DNA of 54,994 bases, taken from positions 1 to 54,994 of the forward strand of contig CAMNAJ010000001.1 in assembly GCA_946530935.1 (NCBI GenBank), in the 5' to 3' direction. Of this stretch, positions 9,839 to 19,187 are shown piece by piece. The position numbers and the translations under genes were made by a program. The stretch comes from an uncultured Candidatus Saccharibacteria bacterium. Its GTDB lineage: Bacteria; Patescibacteriota; Saccharimonadia; Saccharimonadales; Saccharimonadaceae. How positions within the stretch are numbered: the stretch's first letter is position 1; every line of letters begins with the position of its first letter. The notes below the pieces were generated by a model that did no database searches, was not told the DNA's origin, and worked only from the letters and a program-made list of their open reading frames with translations.

Positions 9839-9933
9839 TCTTCGATCTCCTCTGCTATCCTGCTTAATTCTTGATAGATTTCTAAATCCTCTTTCGCTTC
9901 TTCAAAAGCAAATGCCTCGCGTTTAGCGGTCAT
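9817..9933 (-). CDS. Putative 38-aa microprotein (below ORF-track cutoff)
   Basis: MTAKREAFAFEEAKEDLEIYQELSRIAEEIEECRLRNS*; overlaps both tatD end and next gene start. Confidence 0.5.
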   Translation of the reverse strand: MTAKREAFAFEEAKEDLEIYQELSRIAEEIEECRLRNS

Positions 9934-10693
9934 TGGAATCTGAAAAACGGAAGAGTTGTTCTGCATTTTTGGTCGTTTCCTTCTCTACTGTTTCGAAATC
10001 TAATTCTAGTTTTTTACTTAGCCATTCTGCGATATTATAAATATACGCCGATTCATTTATCATACCACGAAATGGGATAGGAGTCAAGAAGGGTGCATCT
10101 GTTTCAAGTAAGATTCTCTCAAGTGGCGGGGTTGGCAAAGTTGAATAGGTTGCAAGCCCATTTACGCCTACATAAAAGTCGGTGTCATTAAGAATTTTCT
10201 TTAATGTTTTCTTACTATCAGTAAAAGAGTGCACTACTCCGCGTATTCCCGGGAAATTTGCCGTCACGGCAAAGAAATCTTCAAATGCATTACGTACATG
10301 AAAAGAAAGTGGCAAGTTGTTGTCCTTTGCTAGTTGAAGCATTTCATTAAAAAGCTTAATTTGCGCATCACGGTCACAATCTTCGGAGTGATAATCAAGC
10401 CCCACTTCGCCAATTGCAATTAGTTTTTCACAACCTCTATCAAACACGGCATTTTGAATATCAATTGTTCTGTCGCCGTTAGTTTCTTCCGGGTGAACAC
10501 CGTATGTCCAATAAACACCTTTATGCGAATTAGCAAAGTCTTTTGCTGCCATTGAATCTGTTGGATCGGTGCCAATACAAACAATTTTAGTGACACCTTT
10601 TTCGTATGCACGCTTAACCATTTCCTCGGCCTGTTCTTCTTTAAAAAACTGTCGGTCGTGAAGATGTGAGTGCGAATCTATTAGATAAGACAT
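9923..10693 (-). CDS. tatD: TatD family DNase
   Basis: DSHSH, GVHP, IGEVGLDY, VHSF, LLETDAPFL; MCYN extension in ORF track is the promoter. Confidence 0.93.
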   Translation of the reverse strand: MSYLIDSHSHLHDRQFFKEEQAEEMVKRAYEKGVTKIVCIGTDPTDSMAAKDFANSHKGVYWTYGVHPEETNGDRTIDIQNAVFDRGCEKLIAIGEVGLDYHSEDCDRDAQIKLFNEMLQLAKDNNLPLSFHVRNAFEDFFAVTANFPGIRGVVHSFTDSKKTLKKILNDTDFYVGVNGLATYSTLPTPPLERILLETDAPFLTPIPFRGMINESAYIYNIAEWLSKKLELDFETVEKETTKNAEQLFRFSDSNDR

Positions 10694-10711
10694 AGAAGAA
10701 TTATAACACAC

Positions 10712-13705
10712 CTATTCGTCGTCATAAGGCAACCACATGTCTGGATTCAACTGATTCCCTAGCAAGTAAAGCTTAAATTGTTCAAGTGTAAGCCCATATC
10801 TAATGCAAAGGAATTTCGCTTCAGCTACACGAAGCTCGTTAAACATTCTTTCTGGCAAGCCGATATCAACGAAGTCCGCATATGTGTACAGGTTATTAGG
10901 ATCAGAAATTACTTGGTCACGGAGAATTGGCCATTTAATATTTTCATCAAACCCGTAGAGATTAGATAGCATTACTGTACCATCGGTAGTCAGAACATCA
11001 TTTGCAATTACGTTGTAATATTGTCTCGATACGACGTGGTAAATGTTAACAATTCCTTCTACTCTTTCTGTACTGACGACCGTAACAGGTACAAGCTCGT
11101 CGTCTTGAACCTTGTAAATTCTAACACCTGGGTAGAATCTAGTTGGGTCATCCACGGAAATGAATTCATTGTTATCAACATCGAACACGCCATGCCAACC
11201 GTAAGTCCTAAGCTCGCTACCATCACTGAATTTGGTAAGTTGATGATATGAACCAAGTCTGGTTTTTTCAATCCAAGCAGGGTATTCGGTACCCGCTGCA
11301 CCATTACTGTAATCCCAAACTTTAAGCTCATCTTGATAAGTTACTTCTTCTACTGGTTTAGTGGTGCCATCAGCCAGTGTAATTAGAGTTCCTTCAACCA
11401 GACATGCCGAAGTATCAATTACGGCAGTGATTTGAATATCTCCACTAACATTATCGACTCTGACGTTGCCAGCATTAGTACCAGTACGGGTGTATGTGTA
11501 TTCTGAAGCATCAAGCGTCCTGCCATCCATTACTACCGTAATAGTATTTGGTAAACTGTAAGTCGTCGTTAGTGTATTGCTCTCCGGAGTAATTTTACCT
11601 TGATATGTACCACCGGCGACAATAGACGTTCCAGATGTATGTGCTATAGTACCATTAGTAATATCGGCACTCACATTGTATGTCCAGATAAGTGCAGTGT
11701 CAGCGGTTTTCGAGGCTGGGCCAGGGTTAGTTGTCGCATCCGAGATTTGATCTGCAGTATTACCGGCGTCATCAAGACCTGTCACTATGAAATAATAAGT
11801 GCCTTCTGAAAGCCCAGTAAACAAATAGGAATTAGTAGCACCGCTAACTGTAATTGGATTGTCACAACCAGAGCTGGTGCATTTATAAATGTCATAACTT
11901 AATACACCAACGTTGTCGGTACCGTTCCAAGTCAACGTTGCTTCACCAGTAACGGTTTTATTCTTATTTATAGTCACATTACTAATTACTGGCGCTTGGT
12001 TGTCAACGAAAGAGGCATCTTTATCTACGGCAATATGGACTTCCCCAACATTTACATATGTACTGTCATAATTAATTGTAATTCCGGCGGTAGCAGTTTC
12101 GGACGCAAAGGCGGCGCCATTAGCTTTCTTCAAGTAGAAGGTATAAGTTCCGGTAGTGTTGGCCGCAATAGTCTGGGAACCCAAGGTATTTCCATTTGAA
12201 TCTACTACTTCGAAATCTGGACTAAGGCTATTGATAGTGAAGGATTTAGAATCGTCAAAGGTGCTCTCAACGCTGATTTGGAACGGGGTTAAAGTATTAT
12301 TGCCAGATAAATCGCCTTCATTGCTACCACTGATATTGCCTATTATGATTGGATTGGTCTCATTAACTGGTTCGACATTCATTCCGCCTTCGGTACCATG
12401 TTCGCCAGACACATAATCAGCAGATAGAATGATTTGAAAAGTTTTAGAAGAGTTAGCTGGTATGGTTTCACCAATAGTTATTCCACTTAATTCATAAGTA
12501 ATATCGCGAACTTCATTCGCAGAAATCCTTAGTCGCATATTTGAGTCTGGCGCCGTGAAGGCAAAATCGTCACCCGTGGTGTTTGTAATAGTTAAGCTAT
12601 AAGTTGCCTGAAGGGTATCGGTGTTATCCAGACCGCCAAGGAAAGTAAGATCAAAATCGATATCGCCAGTAGTGGCATCAACGGATGGGTTTGGTGTGCC
12701 ACTTACGTTAATACCAGATACGTAAGAAATATTCGTAATTTTTATTTCACCAGTTTCTATGTATTCGTAACCATTTGTAATTGTATAACTCTGTCCCAAG
12801 GAATCAACAGTTACAACTACATCGGTTAATGCAGGACGATGGGCGGCAGTAGTACAGGTAATAACAAGAACGCCAGTACTAATACTGCCACTTGGTGAAG
12901 CGCAAGTTGCACCGCCAATACTAACATTTAAATCGGAAGGAACAAAATCTGTCATCATGGAAGTAGTGATAGTAACGGTCTCATTACCGGCTCTTGTTCC
13001 AGAAGTTGGCGAAATGGTCGCTTCGCCACCAACCACATCACTTGCTTCAATTAGTGCGTGATAAGTTAAATTGGTTTGATAGGCGCCTGGCGTGGAAAGA
13101 ATATCATCACCTAATCTTACGCCATAATAAATATCAAAAGAATCTGTCCCAGAAACGGCACCAGTTTTGTTTCGGATTAAAGTATGAACAGGGCTAACTT
13201 TTACGCCTGCATAAGTGCTGCTAGCACTTGGAAAACCAGCCGTGTAAGAGCTACTAAATGCATTCGGTGGCAAACCGCTAGTACTGCTCGGTATACCAAA
13301 ACCCCAGTTATTAACGTTTAAGGTGGAAGCCGTAGAAGGTGTAGTGCTGATTGGGATTATGGATGGACTAGAGCTAGTCCCCCCACTTAAAATCAAACTA
13401 CCTTGTGATGATTCATTGCTATCTACATCTACAAAAATCTTGTATCCAGACGGAGAGTTCGTAGAAATGGAAATAGTTCTCATTGTACTAACGTATTGGT
13501 CAGGCAAATCAAAAGGCAAAACATCAATAACCTGGTCCTCATTTTGCATAGACCAAGTAACAGAGTAGCCATTTGGATTAATCGTTGCAAAAACAACACC
13601 ATTTTCTAACGATAATGACATCAAAAACACCATTATCGTTATGCAGAATGGCTGCATGAAAATGGTAATCAGGCGTCCCAAAACTCTATGACAAACTGCC
13701 CTCAT
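10712..13705 (-). CDS. Secreted surface protein: signal peptide, beta-sandwich/IPT-TIG/FN3-like domains, C-terminal Hint domain and tail
   Basis: Hydrophobic N-terminus; ISPTSG..AG..VTIT (IPT); LTW..TDNVGV..Y...GL..GTYY..V...D.AGN (FN3); A-CLVEGTLITLADG..KPVEEV (Hint block A). Confidence 0.85.
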   Translation of the reverse strand: MRAVCHRVLGRLITIFMQPFCITIMVFLMSLSLENGVVFATINPNGYSVTWSMQNEDQVIDVLPFDLPDQYVSTMRTISISTNSPSGYKIFVDVDSNESSQGSLILSGGTSSSPSIIPISTTPSTASTLNVNNWGFGIPSSTSGLPPNAFSSSYTAGFPSASSTYAGVKVSPVHTLIRNKTGAVSGTDSFDIYYGVRLGDDILSTPGAYQTNLTYHALIEASDVVGGEATISPTSGTRAGNETVTITTSMMTDFVPSDLNVSIGGATCASPSGSISTGVLVITCTTAAHRPALTDVVVTVDSLGQSYTITNGYEYIETGEIKITNISYVSGINVSGTPNPSVDATTGDIDFDLTFLGGLDNTDTLQATYSLTITNTTGDDFAFTAPDSNMRLRISANEVRDITYELSGITIGETIPANSSKTFQIILSADYVSGEHGTEGGMNVEPVNETNPIIIGNISGSNEGDLSGNNTLTPFQISVESTFDDSKSFTINSLSPDFEVVDSNGNTLGSQTIAANTTGTYTFYLKKANGAAFASETATAGITINYDSTYVNVGEVHIAVDKDASFVDNQAPVISNVTINKNKTVTGEATLTWNGTDNVGVLSYDIYKCTSSGCDNPITVSGATNSYLFTGLSEGTYYFIVTGLDDAGNTADQISDATTNPGPASKTADTALIWTYNVSADITNGTIAHTSGTSIVAGGTYQGKITPESNTLTTTYSLPNTITVVMDGRTLDASEYTYTRTGTNAGNVRVDNVSGDIQITAVIDTSACLVEGTLITLADGTTKPVEEVTYQDELKVWDYSNGAAGTEYPAWIEKTRLGSYHQLTKFSDGSELRTYGWHGVFDVDNNEFISVDDPTRFYPGVRIYKVQDDELVPVTVVSTERVEGIVNIYHVVSRQYYNVIANDVLTTDGTVMLSNLYGFDENIKWPILRDQVISDPNNLYTYADFVDIGLPERMFNELRVAEAKFLCIRYGLTLEQFKLYLLGNQLNPDMWLPYDDE

Positions 13706-13771
13706 CCTACTAATAATTATAGTAAAAAATTGGCCTATTTCAATAGTTTTTATGCTTTAAAACAGCGATAA

Positions 13772-15586
13772 TTAATTACGGTTTTCACGTTTTCTTTTAA
13801 TTGGGTCAAGCTGACGCTTACGAAGGCGAAGTGACTTTGGTGTGACCTCTAGTAGCTCGTCGTCTAACAGAAAATCCAAACATTGTTCAAGCGAGAGCTG
13901 TGTGTAAGGAGTAAGCTGGATAGCTCCGTCCGAGGCGTGAGTACGCATGTTAGTCAATTGTTTTTCTTTGCAGATATTGATATCAATATCCTCTTTTCTA
14001 TTTGAAAGACCGACAATCATACCCTGATAAACCGGAACTTGTGGCGGGATAAATAACACTCCGCGAGCCTGTGCAGCGTCAAGAGCGTAAGAGGTCGAAA
14101 CCCCATCCTCAAAAGCAACTAGTGCCCCGTTTCTCTCTGGCTTAAATCTTCCCTCGGTTGGGCGATAACCACAAGGGATACTAGACATAATTACTGTACC
14201 TTTAGTAGCAGTTAATAAATTATTACGAAGTCCGATTAATGCAGCAGTTGATATTTCATAAACGAAACGCGTAGATCCGGTGGTTGTAAGTTCTTGCGAT
14301 TTTAGTTCGGCTTTACGAATGCCAAGCTCTTGAGATACTGCACCAACAAATTCCGGAGCAACTTCAACGGTAAGACTTTCAATTGGTTCGCATTTTTTAC
14401 CATCAATTTCGCGGTAAACAACTTCTGGACGACCAGCTTCTAGCTCATACCCTTCACGGCGCATGGTTTCAATCAAAACTGAAAGGTGTAATTCTCCGCG
14501 ACCAGACACTTTATAGCCAAGCCCATCCGGCTCAATTTTCAAAGCGATATTAGTTTCAAGTTCGCGCTCTAAACGTTCGGCGATTTGACGAGAAGTCGTA
14601 AAATCACCCTCCCGGCCTTTAAGTGGCGAGGTATTAGGACCAATATAAATTGAAAGAGTAGGTGGTTCGAGTTCAATCGTCGGTAGTGCCTCTGGATTAT
14701 CTCCACTGGCAATCGTGTCGCCGATATTAGCTTCAGAAACCCCAGTCATTGCCACAATATCACCAGCAATTGCCTCAGAAACTTCTTCTTTACCGAGGCC
14801 TTTATAAATAAATAGGTTTTCAATTCTAGTAGTTTTTGCTGTATCTCCTCTTAGGATTTTTACGGTCTGACCTTTTTTTAGTTTGCCACGGAAAATCTTT
14901 CCAATGCAATACTTTCCTAAATAATTATCAGCTGCAAGTGCAGCCACAAGAAGTTGTGCACTATCTGAGGATTCATCGACATTTGGTGCTGGGATGTCAT
15001 TAATAATTGCTTCAAAAATAACATTTAGGTTGTCATCAAGATCGGTAGTTTTACCCGCCTTTCCCTCACGAGCAATCGCGTAATAAATTGGATAATTTAG
15101 CTGAGATTCATCAGTTGCAAGTTCCAAAAATAGACTTTCAATTTCGTCTTTGACTTCTTCAATACGTGCGGCGGGTTTATCAATTTTATTGATAATCACT
15201 ACAGGGCGTAGCTTTAAAGCGAGCGCCTTTTGAAGCACGAATTTGGTCTGTGGCATTGGGCCTTCCTGAGCATCTACAATTAAAAGAACGCCATCGGCCA
15301 TATTAAGTGTACGCTCTACTTCGCCTGAAAAGTCAGCGTGACCAGGAGTATCGATGATATTAATTTTGTAGCCATCATAGTAAACGCACGTCTGCTTTGC
15401 GGTAATTGTGATGCCACGCTCATGCTCTTGATCCATAGAATCCATAATTAGCGTCTGGTTCATTTCCGCCTGATTATCGCGAAAAGTATGGGACTGTTTT
15501 AATAGCCCGTCAACAAGTGTAGTTTTGCCATGATCAACATGTGCGATAATTGCTACATTACGAATTAGATTTTTATTTAAAGTCAT
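13772..15586 (-). CDS. typA: Translational GTPase TypA/BipA
   Basis: AHVDHGKTT, ERGITI, DTPGHADF, GRGELHL, LEVTPKSLRLRK. Confidence 0.97.
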   Translation of the reverse strand: MTLNKNLIRNVAIIAHVDHGKTTLVDGLLKQSHTFRDNQAEMNQTLIMDSMDQEHERGITITAKQTCVYYDGYKINIIDTPGHADFSGEVERTLNMADGVLLIVDAQEGPMPQTKFVLQKALALKLRPVVIINKIDKPAARIEEVKDEIESLFLELATDESQLNYPIYYAIAREGKAGKTTDLDDNLNVIFEAIINDIPAPNVDESSDSAQLLVAALAADNYLGKYCIGKIFRGKLKKGQTVKILRGDTAKTTRIENLFIYKGLGKEEVSEAIAGDIVAMTGVSEANIGDTIASGDNPEALPTIELEPPTLSIYIGPNTSPLKGREGDFTTSRQIAERLERELETNIALKIEPDGLGYKVSGRGELHLSVLIETMRREGYELEAGRPEVVYREIDGKKCEPIESLTVEVAPEFVGAVSQELGIRKAELKSQELTTTGSTRFVYEISTAALIGLRNNLLTATKGTVIMSSIPCGYRPTEGRFKPERNGALVAFEDGVSTSYALDAAQARGVLFIPPQVPVYQGMIVGLSNRKEDIDINICKEKQLTNMRTHASDGAIQLTPYTQLSLEQCLDFLLDDELLEVTPKSLRLRKRQLDPIKRKRENRN

Positions 15587-15655
15587 AGGCGTAATTATAT
15601 CACTTATTGACTAAATATTCAATATGTGTTGTAAATTATGATATAATTATCTAAC

Positions 15656-15856
15656 ATGACTAATCGAAAGCAAATCAAAACTGGTATTTACGAGCCCGAA
15701 AGGTGCTGGGTTGGTGATACTCATAAGATTTGTTATAAAACTCTTGAAGAAGCCGAAATGGCAGCTCGTGTGGCGGAATACGATCATCATATTAAGGGGC
15801 ATTTAACCGTTTACAAGTGCGAATATGGCGACCATTATCATCTAAGCTCTAATTAA
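15656..15856 (+). CDS. Small Cys/His-containing hypothetical protein
   Basis: 66 aa, C..K.CY..A..YKC...HYHLSS; TGATATAAT upstream. Confidence 0.7.
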   Translation: MTNRKQIKTGIYEPERCWVGDTHKICYKTLEEAEMAARVAEYDHHIKGHLTVYKCEYGDHYHLSSN

Positions 15857-17490
15857 TGACCGCCAGTATTTGGTGCGCCGGGAACGTTTTTAGGGATTTT
15901 AATATCTACCGATTTACCACGACTTTCATTTAAAACCGGTACTATGGTTATGACATTATCAACTGTTTTGTCAATGTCATTTATTATTAATTTATTATTG
16001 TTTGTTATACCAAGTAGTTCATCATTCATAAAGACTATATTAAAGTCGCCATCGGTAGAATAATCAATTTCAACATTGCTTTTATTGTCAACAATTTTTC
16101 TAATAGAAACAGCTGGCAAGGAGACAGGGTTACCCTCTTCTACTTTTGGCAAAGCATCGGTTCTAGAAATAATGTGATCCGTTAATAAATCTAGTTTATC
16201 AAAATCTGTTTCAACATATCCATCAGTTAATGAAGTAAGTTCCAGATAGTCTGAGCCATTTTCTTCATTTGTAATAACGTAAATGTTTACAGGATCAATG
16301 CTTTTACTTAGTTTTACAACATCACTTAACGTGGTGCCGTCGTGGTCGGGCGAATGAAAACCGGCGTCGGTTAAAACAACTAAAGACTTTGTCGAGCCAT
16401 ATTTCCATTTTAAAGTTTTCATGACATGAAAGGCGCTAGATAGAAGTGATTCATTTTTATCGCCGCCATTGCCAAGTTCTATTTCGTTTAGCTTTTCCTT
16501 AAAGATATCAATCGTGTTACAAGATTCAAAATCGCAAAGTTGTTTGTAGGCTGGATTAAAATCATTTAAATCGTAATAAGAATACAGTGCAACCCTACCT
16601 CCACTATCTAGAGTTTGTTTCGCTAATCGTTCTGCTTCCGCCTTATATTGGTCAATTAATCTATCCATCGACCAGGTAGCATCTATTAAGAATGCCGTAT
16701 CATGAAGTGAAGAAATGTGATTAGGTATTTTAAAGAAGTCTGTGATTTTAGCGAAAATTGGTCGCGAGGCATCTTCATAGAGTCCATCTTTTTCATAACT
16801 CTCGTGGTCCGACACGCTAAATTTTGAGCTACAAAGAATATCTCTTTTATTGCACCAAGTACCTATTTTTCCTTCATACCCTACCGGTTGGTACGGGATT
16901 GTGGCACCGAGAATTCCTTTATGAGCCTGACAGTCCGGCACATACATGCGGTAGCTCGACAATTTTTCTCCTCTGCAAGCTGCAGGTAGTAGGCCTTCTC
17001 CTTCTGGTAGGTAAATTTTCGGGTCACCAAACGTAGCGGCATAAATAATTTTATCTGGTGGGACGTTTGACAGAGTTTTCATTAGAACAATTGCCCCCTG
17101 AGAGTATCCGCCTAGGACGTACTTTGTGGTTTTGCATTCGTCATTTATCATTTTGGTAAGATTATTTACGCCAATTTTAACGCTTTCGCCAAATTTATAT
17201 GATTCTCCGCCGCTGATATATGCGCCGAGAGTTACATCCAAATGTTCTAATCCAACGCCAACAGCAGGATAATCTAAATCGATAAATTCATAGTCAAGAT
17301 TTGTCGTCTTTAATTTTTCTTCGAGAGATTCCTTGAACGAAATATATCCTCCACTATCCCATCTCCCGCCTCCAGAACCTCTGGCAAATACGACTCTGAG
17401 TTCTGGACATTTAGATGCATTAGTTGTTTTTATGACGCTCACACTACTGACGATTAGCACGAGAGCAGACAATAATAAAAATTTTTTCAT
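15853..17490 (-). CDS. Secreted cutinase-family esterase fused to vWA domain
   Basis: Signal peptide; FARGS, YPA, GYSQG, FGDP, C...D..C...H..Y; vWA FLIDATWSM, GGD..ES, VVLTDA; ends APNTGGH. Confidence 0.85.
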   Translation of the reverse strand: MKKFLLLSALVLIVSSVSVIKTTNASKCPELRVVFARGSGGGRWDSGGYISFKESLEEKLKTTNLDYEFIDLDYPAVGVGLEHLDVTLGAYISGGESYKFGESVKIGVNNLTKMINDECKTTKYVLGGYSQGAIVLMKTLSNVPPDKIIYAATFGDPKIYLPEGEGLLPAACRGEKLSSYRMYVPDCQAHKGILGATIPYQPVGYEGKIGTWCNKRDILCSSKFSVSDHESYEKDGLYEDASRPIFAKITDFFKIPNHISSLHDTAFLIDATWSMDRLIDQYKAEAERLAKQTLDSGGRVALYSYYDLNDFNPAYKQLCDFESCNTIDIFKEKLNEIELGNGGDKNESLLSSAFHVMKTLKWKYGSTKSLVVLTDAGFHSPDHDGTTLSDVVKLSKSIDPVNIYVITNEENGSDYLELTSLTDGYVETDFDKLDLLTDHIISRTDALPKVEEGNPVSLPAVSIRKIVDNKSNVEIDYSTDGDFNIVFMNDELLGITNNNKLIINDIDKTVDNVITIVPVLNESRGKSVDIKIPKNVPGAPNTGGH

Positions 17491-17588
17491 TTAACCTCCA
17501 CATTTTTTCGACATGAAAGCATGCCTGCAATAAAGATACAACCCCCTACCAGAAATCTATGATATAATAGAGGTGAATTGGAGGAAAA

Positions 17589-18137
17589 ATGGATAAAAAA
17601 CAACGCGAGTGGGACGAGTATTTCATGAAAATCGCTGAAACGGTTGCGCTTAAAAGCAAAGACCCATCATCAAAAATGGGCTGTTGTGTTGTCGATCAAA
17701 ACAAACGCGTGATTTCGCTTGGCTATAATGGTATGATTCAAGGTGCAAATGAATCAAAAATGACGCTTAGCGAGCGTCCAATGAAGTATTATTTTGCAAT
17801 TCATTCCGAAATGAACGCAGTTCTCTTTGCTAAGCAGGATCTACATGGCTGCACAATATATAATCGTGTCGCGACTTGTGAAAACTGTCTCAAATACTGT
17901 TTACAAGCCGGGATTACTCGCTTTGTTTATAACGAACTTCGCGTCCATTCACACTCGACTGACCCAAAACACTCGATGACTAATATTGAAACGGACGAGG
18001 CCGTTGTCCGCATGCTAGTTTCGATGCCACACGTAAAAACACTGAACCTTTCGAATGGAAAAACCTACGTGGAGGACATTTTGGATTCCTATCCGAAAGA
18101 TTCAGATGAATATAAGCGTTTAGCGCAGTGGCTTTAA
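17589..18137 (+). CDS. dCMP deaminase (ComEB-like)
   Basis: WDEYFM.IA...A..SKD, GYNG, HSEMNA, CENC. Confidence 0.9.
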   Translation: MDKKQREWDEYFMKIAETVALKSKDPSSKMGCCVVDQNKRVISLGYNGMIQGANESKMTLSERPMKYYFAIHSEMNAVLFAKQDLHGCTIYNRVATCENCLKYCLQAGITRFVYNELRVHSHSTDPKHSMTNIETDEAVVRMLVSMPHVKTLNLSNGKTYVEDILDSYPKDSDEYKRLAQWL

Positions 18138-18140
18138 GCC

Positions 18141-18464
18141 CTAGTCTTTTTTATCTGCGAGCTGGTTTCTTGACTCGCAGTTTTTGCGATTATGAAAATG
18201 CCTGAAACAGACATAAAACACTATAAATGCGAGTAATGTACTAAAGACGCCAGTGCTAAAATATATCAGCGGCAACATTGGATCGAGTGTTTCTTGTTCT
18301 CTAGATGGATAAACAATGCCCGGCCTAAAATAATTACCGCCTCTCATGCCGTCAATGCTATTAATCTCGCTAGAATTATCCTCTATTTCCACGTCCTCCG
18401 GCATTTCTGGCCTTTCTCTCATTAAATCATCTTTTTCTTCTTTTGCAATAAAATCTTCTTCCAT
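18141..18464 (-). CDS. Hypothetical single-pass membrane protein
   Basis: Acidic N-terminus, one TM segment, AAGGA SD. Confidence 0.65.
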   Translation of the reverse strand: MEEDFIAKEEKDDLMRERPEMPEDVEIEDNSSEINSIDGMRGGNYFRPGIVYPSREQETLDPMLPLIYFSTGVFSTLLAFIVFYVCFRHFHNRKNCESRNQLADKKD

Positions 18465-18522
18465 TATTATTCCTTTATTACAAATCTAATTATATTTATG
18501 ATTCCTTAAACCAGTATTAAAA

Positions 18523-19170
18523 TTACCAGTTTATTTCATCTAGTCCGTGTTCTTTTAAGAACGCATTAGCTTTAGAAAAATGGTGATTACCAAAGAATCC
18601 AGCATAAGCCGAAAGTGGCGACGGATGAGGCGATTCTAAAATTAAATGCTTTGAACTATCAATTAAGGCTTTTTTGCTTCTAGCGTCTCTGCCCCATAGA
18701 ATAAAAACTAGATGTGGGCGCGTTTCATTTAAATATTTAATCACTTCTGTAGTAAATATTTCCCAACCCTTGCCGCGGTGCGAGCCAGCGCGATGGGCCT
18801 CGACTGTTAGAACTGTATTTAGTAGCAGTACGCCTTGTTTTTGCCAACTCCTCAAACTTCCAGAAGAATTATTGTGATGCCCGATATCAGCATCAATTTC
18901 CTTGTATATATTAATAAGTGAAGGTGGAATTGGCTGGGATGGAGGCACCGAAAAAGCTAAGCCCTCGGCAGCTCCTGGAGTATGATAAGGGTCTTGTCCT
19001 AGTATCACAACCTTAACCTCGTTTAAATCGGTCGTAAAAGCCGAAAACACCAAAGTCTTTTTTGGATAGATTGTTTTATGTTCGTACTCTTCATGTAAAA
19101 ACTGTGACAATTCCTTAAAGTAAGGCTTATTAAACTCAGTATTAAGGAAGTCTTTCCAACTCTCGTGCAT
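18523..19170 (-). CDS. ung: Uracil-DNA glycosylase family 1
   Basis: GQDPYH, GLAFS, PPSL.NI, HPSPLS. Confidence 0.97.
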   Translation of the reverse strand: MHESWKDFLNTEFNKPYFKELSQFLHEEYEHKTIYPKKTLVFSAFTTDLNEVKVVILGQDPYHTPGAAEGLAFSVPPSQPIPPSLINIYKEIDADIGHHNNSSGSLRSWQKQGVLLLNTVLTVEAHRAGSHRGKGWEIFTTEVIKYLNETRPHLVFILWGRDARSKKALIDSSKHLILESPHPSPLSAYAGFFGNHHFSKANAFLKEHGLDEINW

Positions 19171-19187
19171 GCTATAATTATAGCATG
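19168..19187. promoter_or_regulatory. Perfect 20-bp palindrome, putative bidirectional leaderless promoter
   Basis: CATGCTATAATTATAGCATG contains TGCTATAAT-6nt-ATG on both strands. Confidence 0.8.

Noticed and set aside
10980-11404. Canonical intein or homing endonuclease
   Set aside because: No terminal His-Asn plus Cys/Ser/Thr, no LAGLIDADG motifs, and the host is not a conserved enzyme
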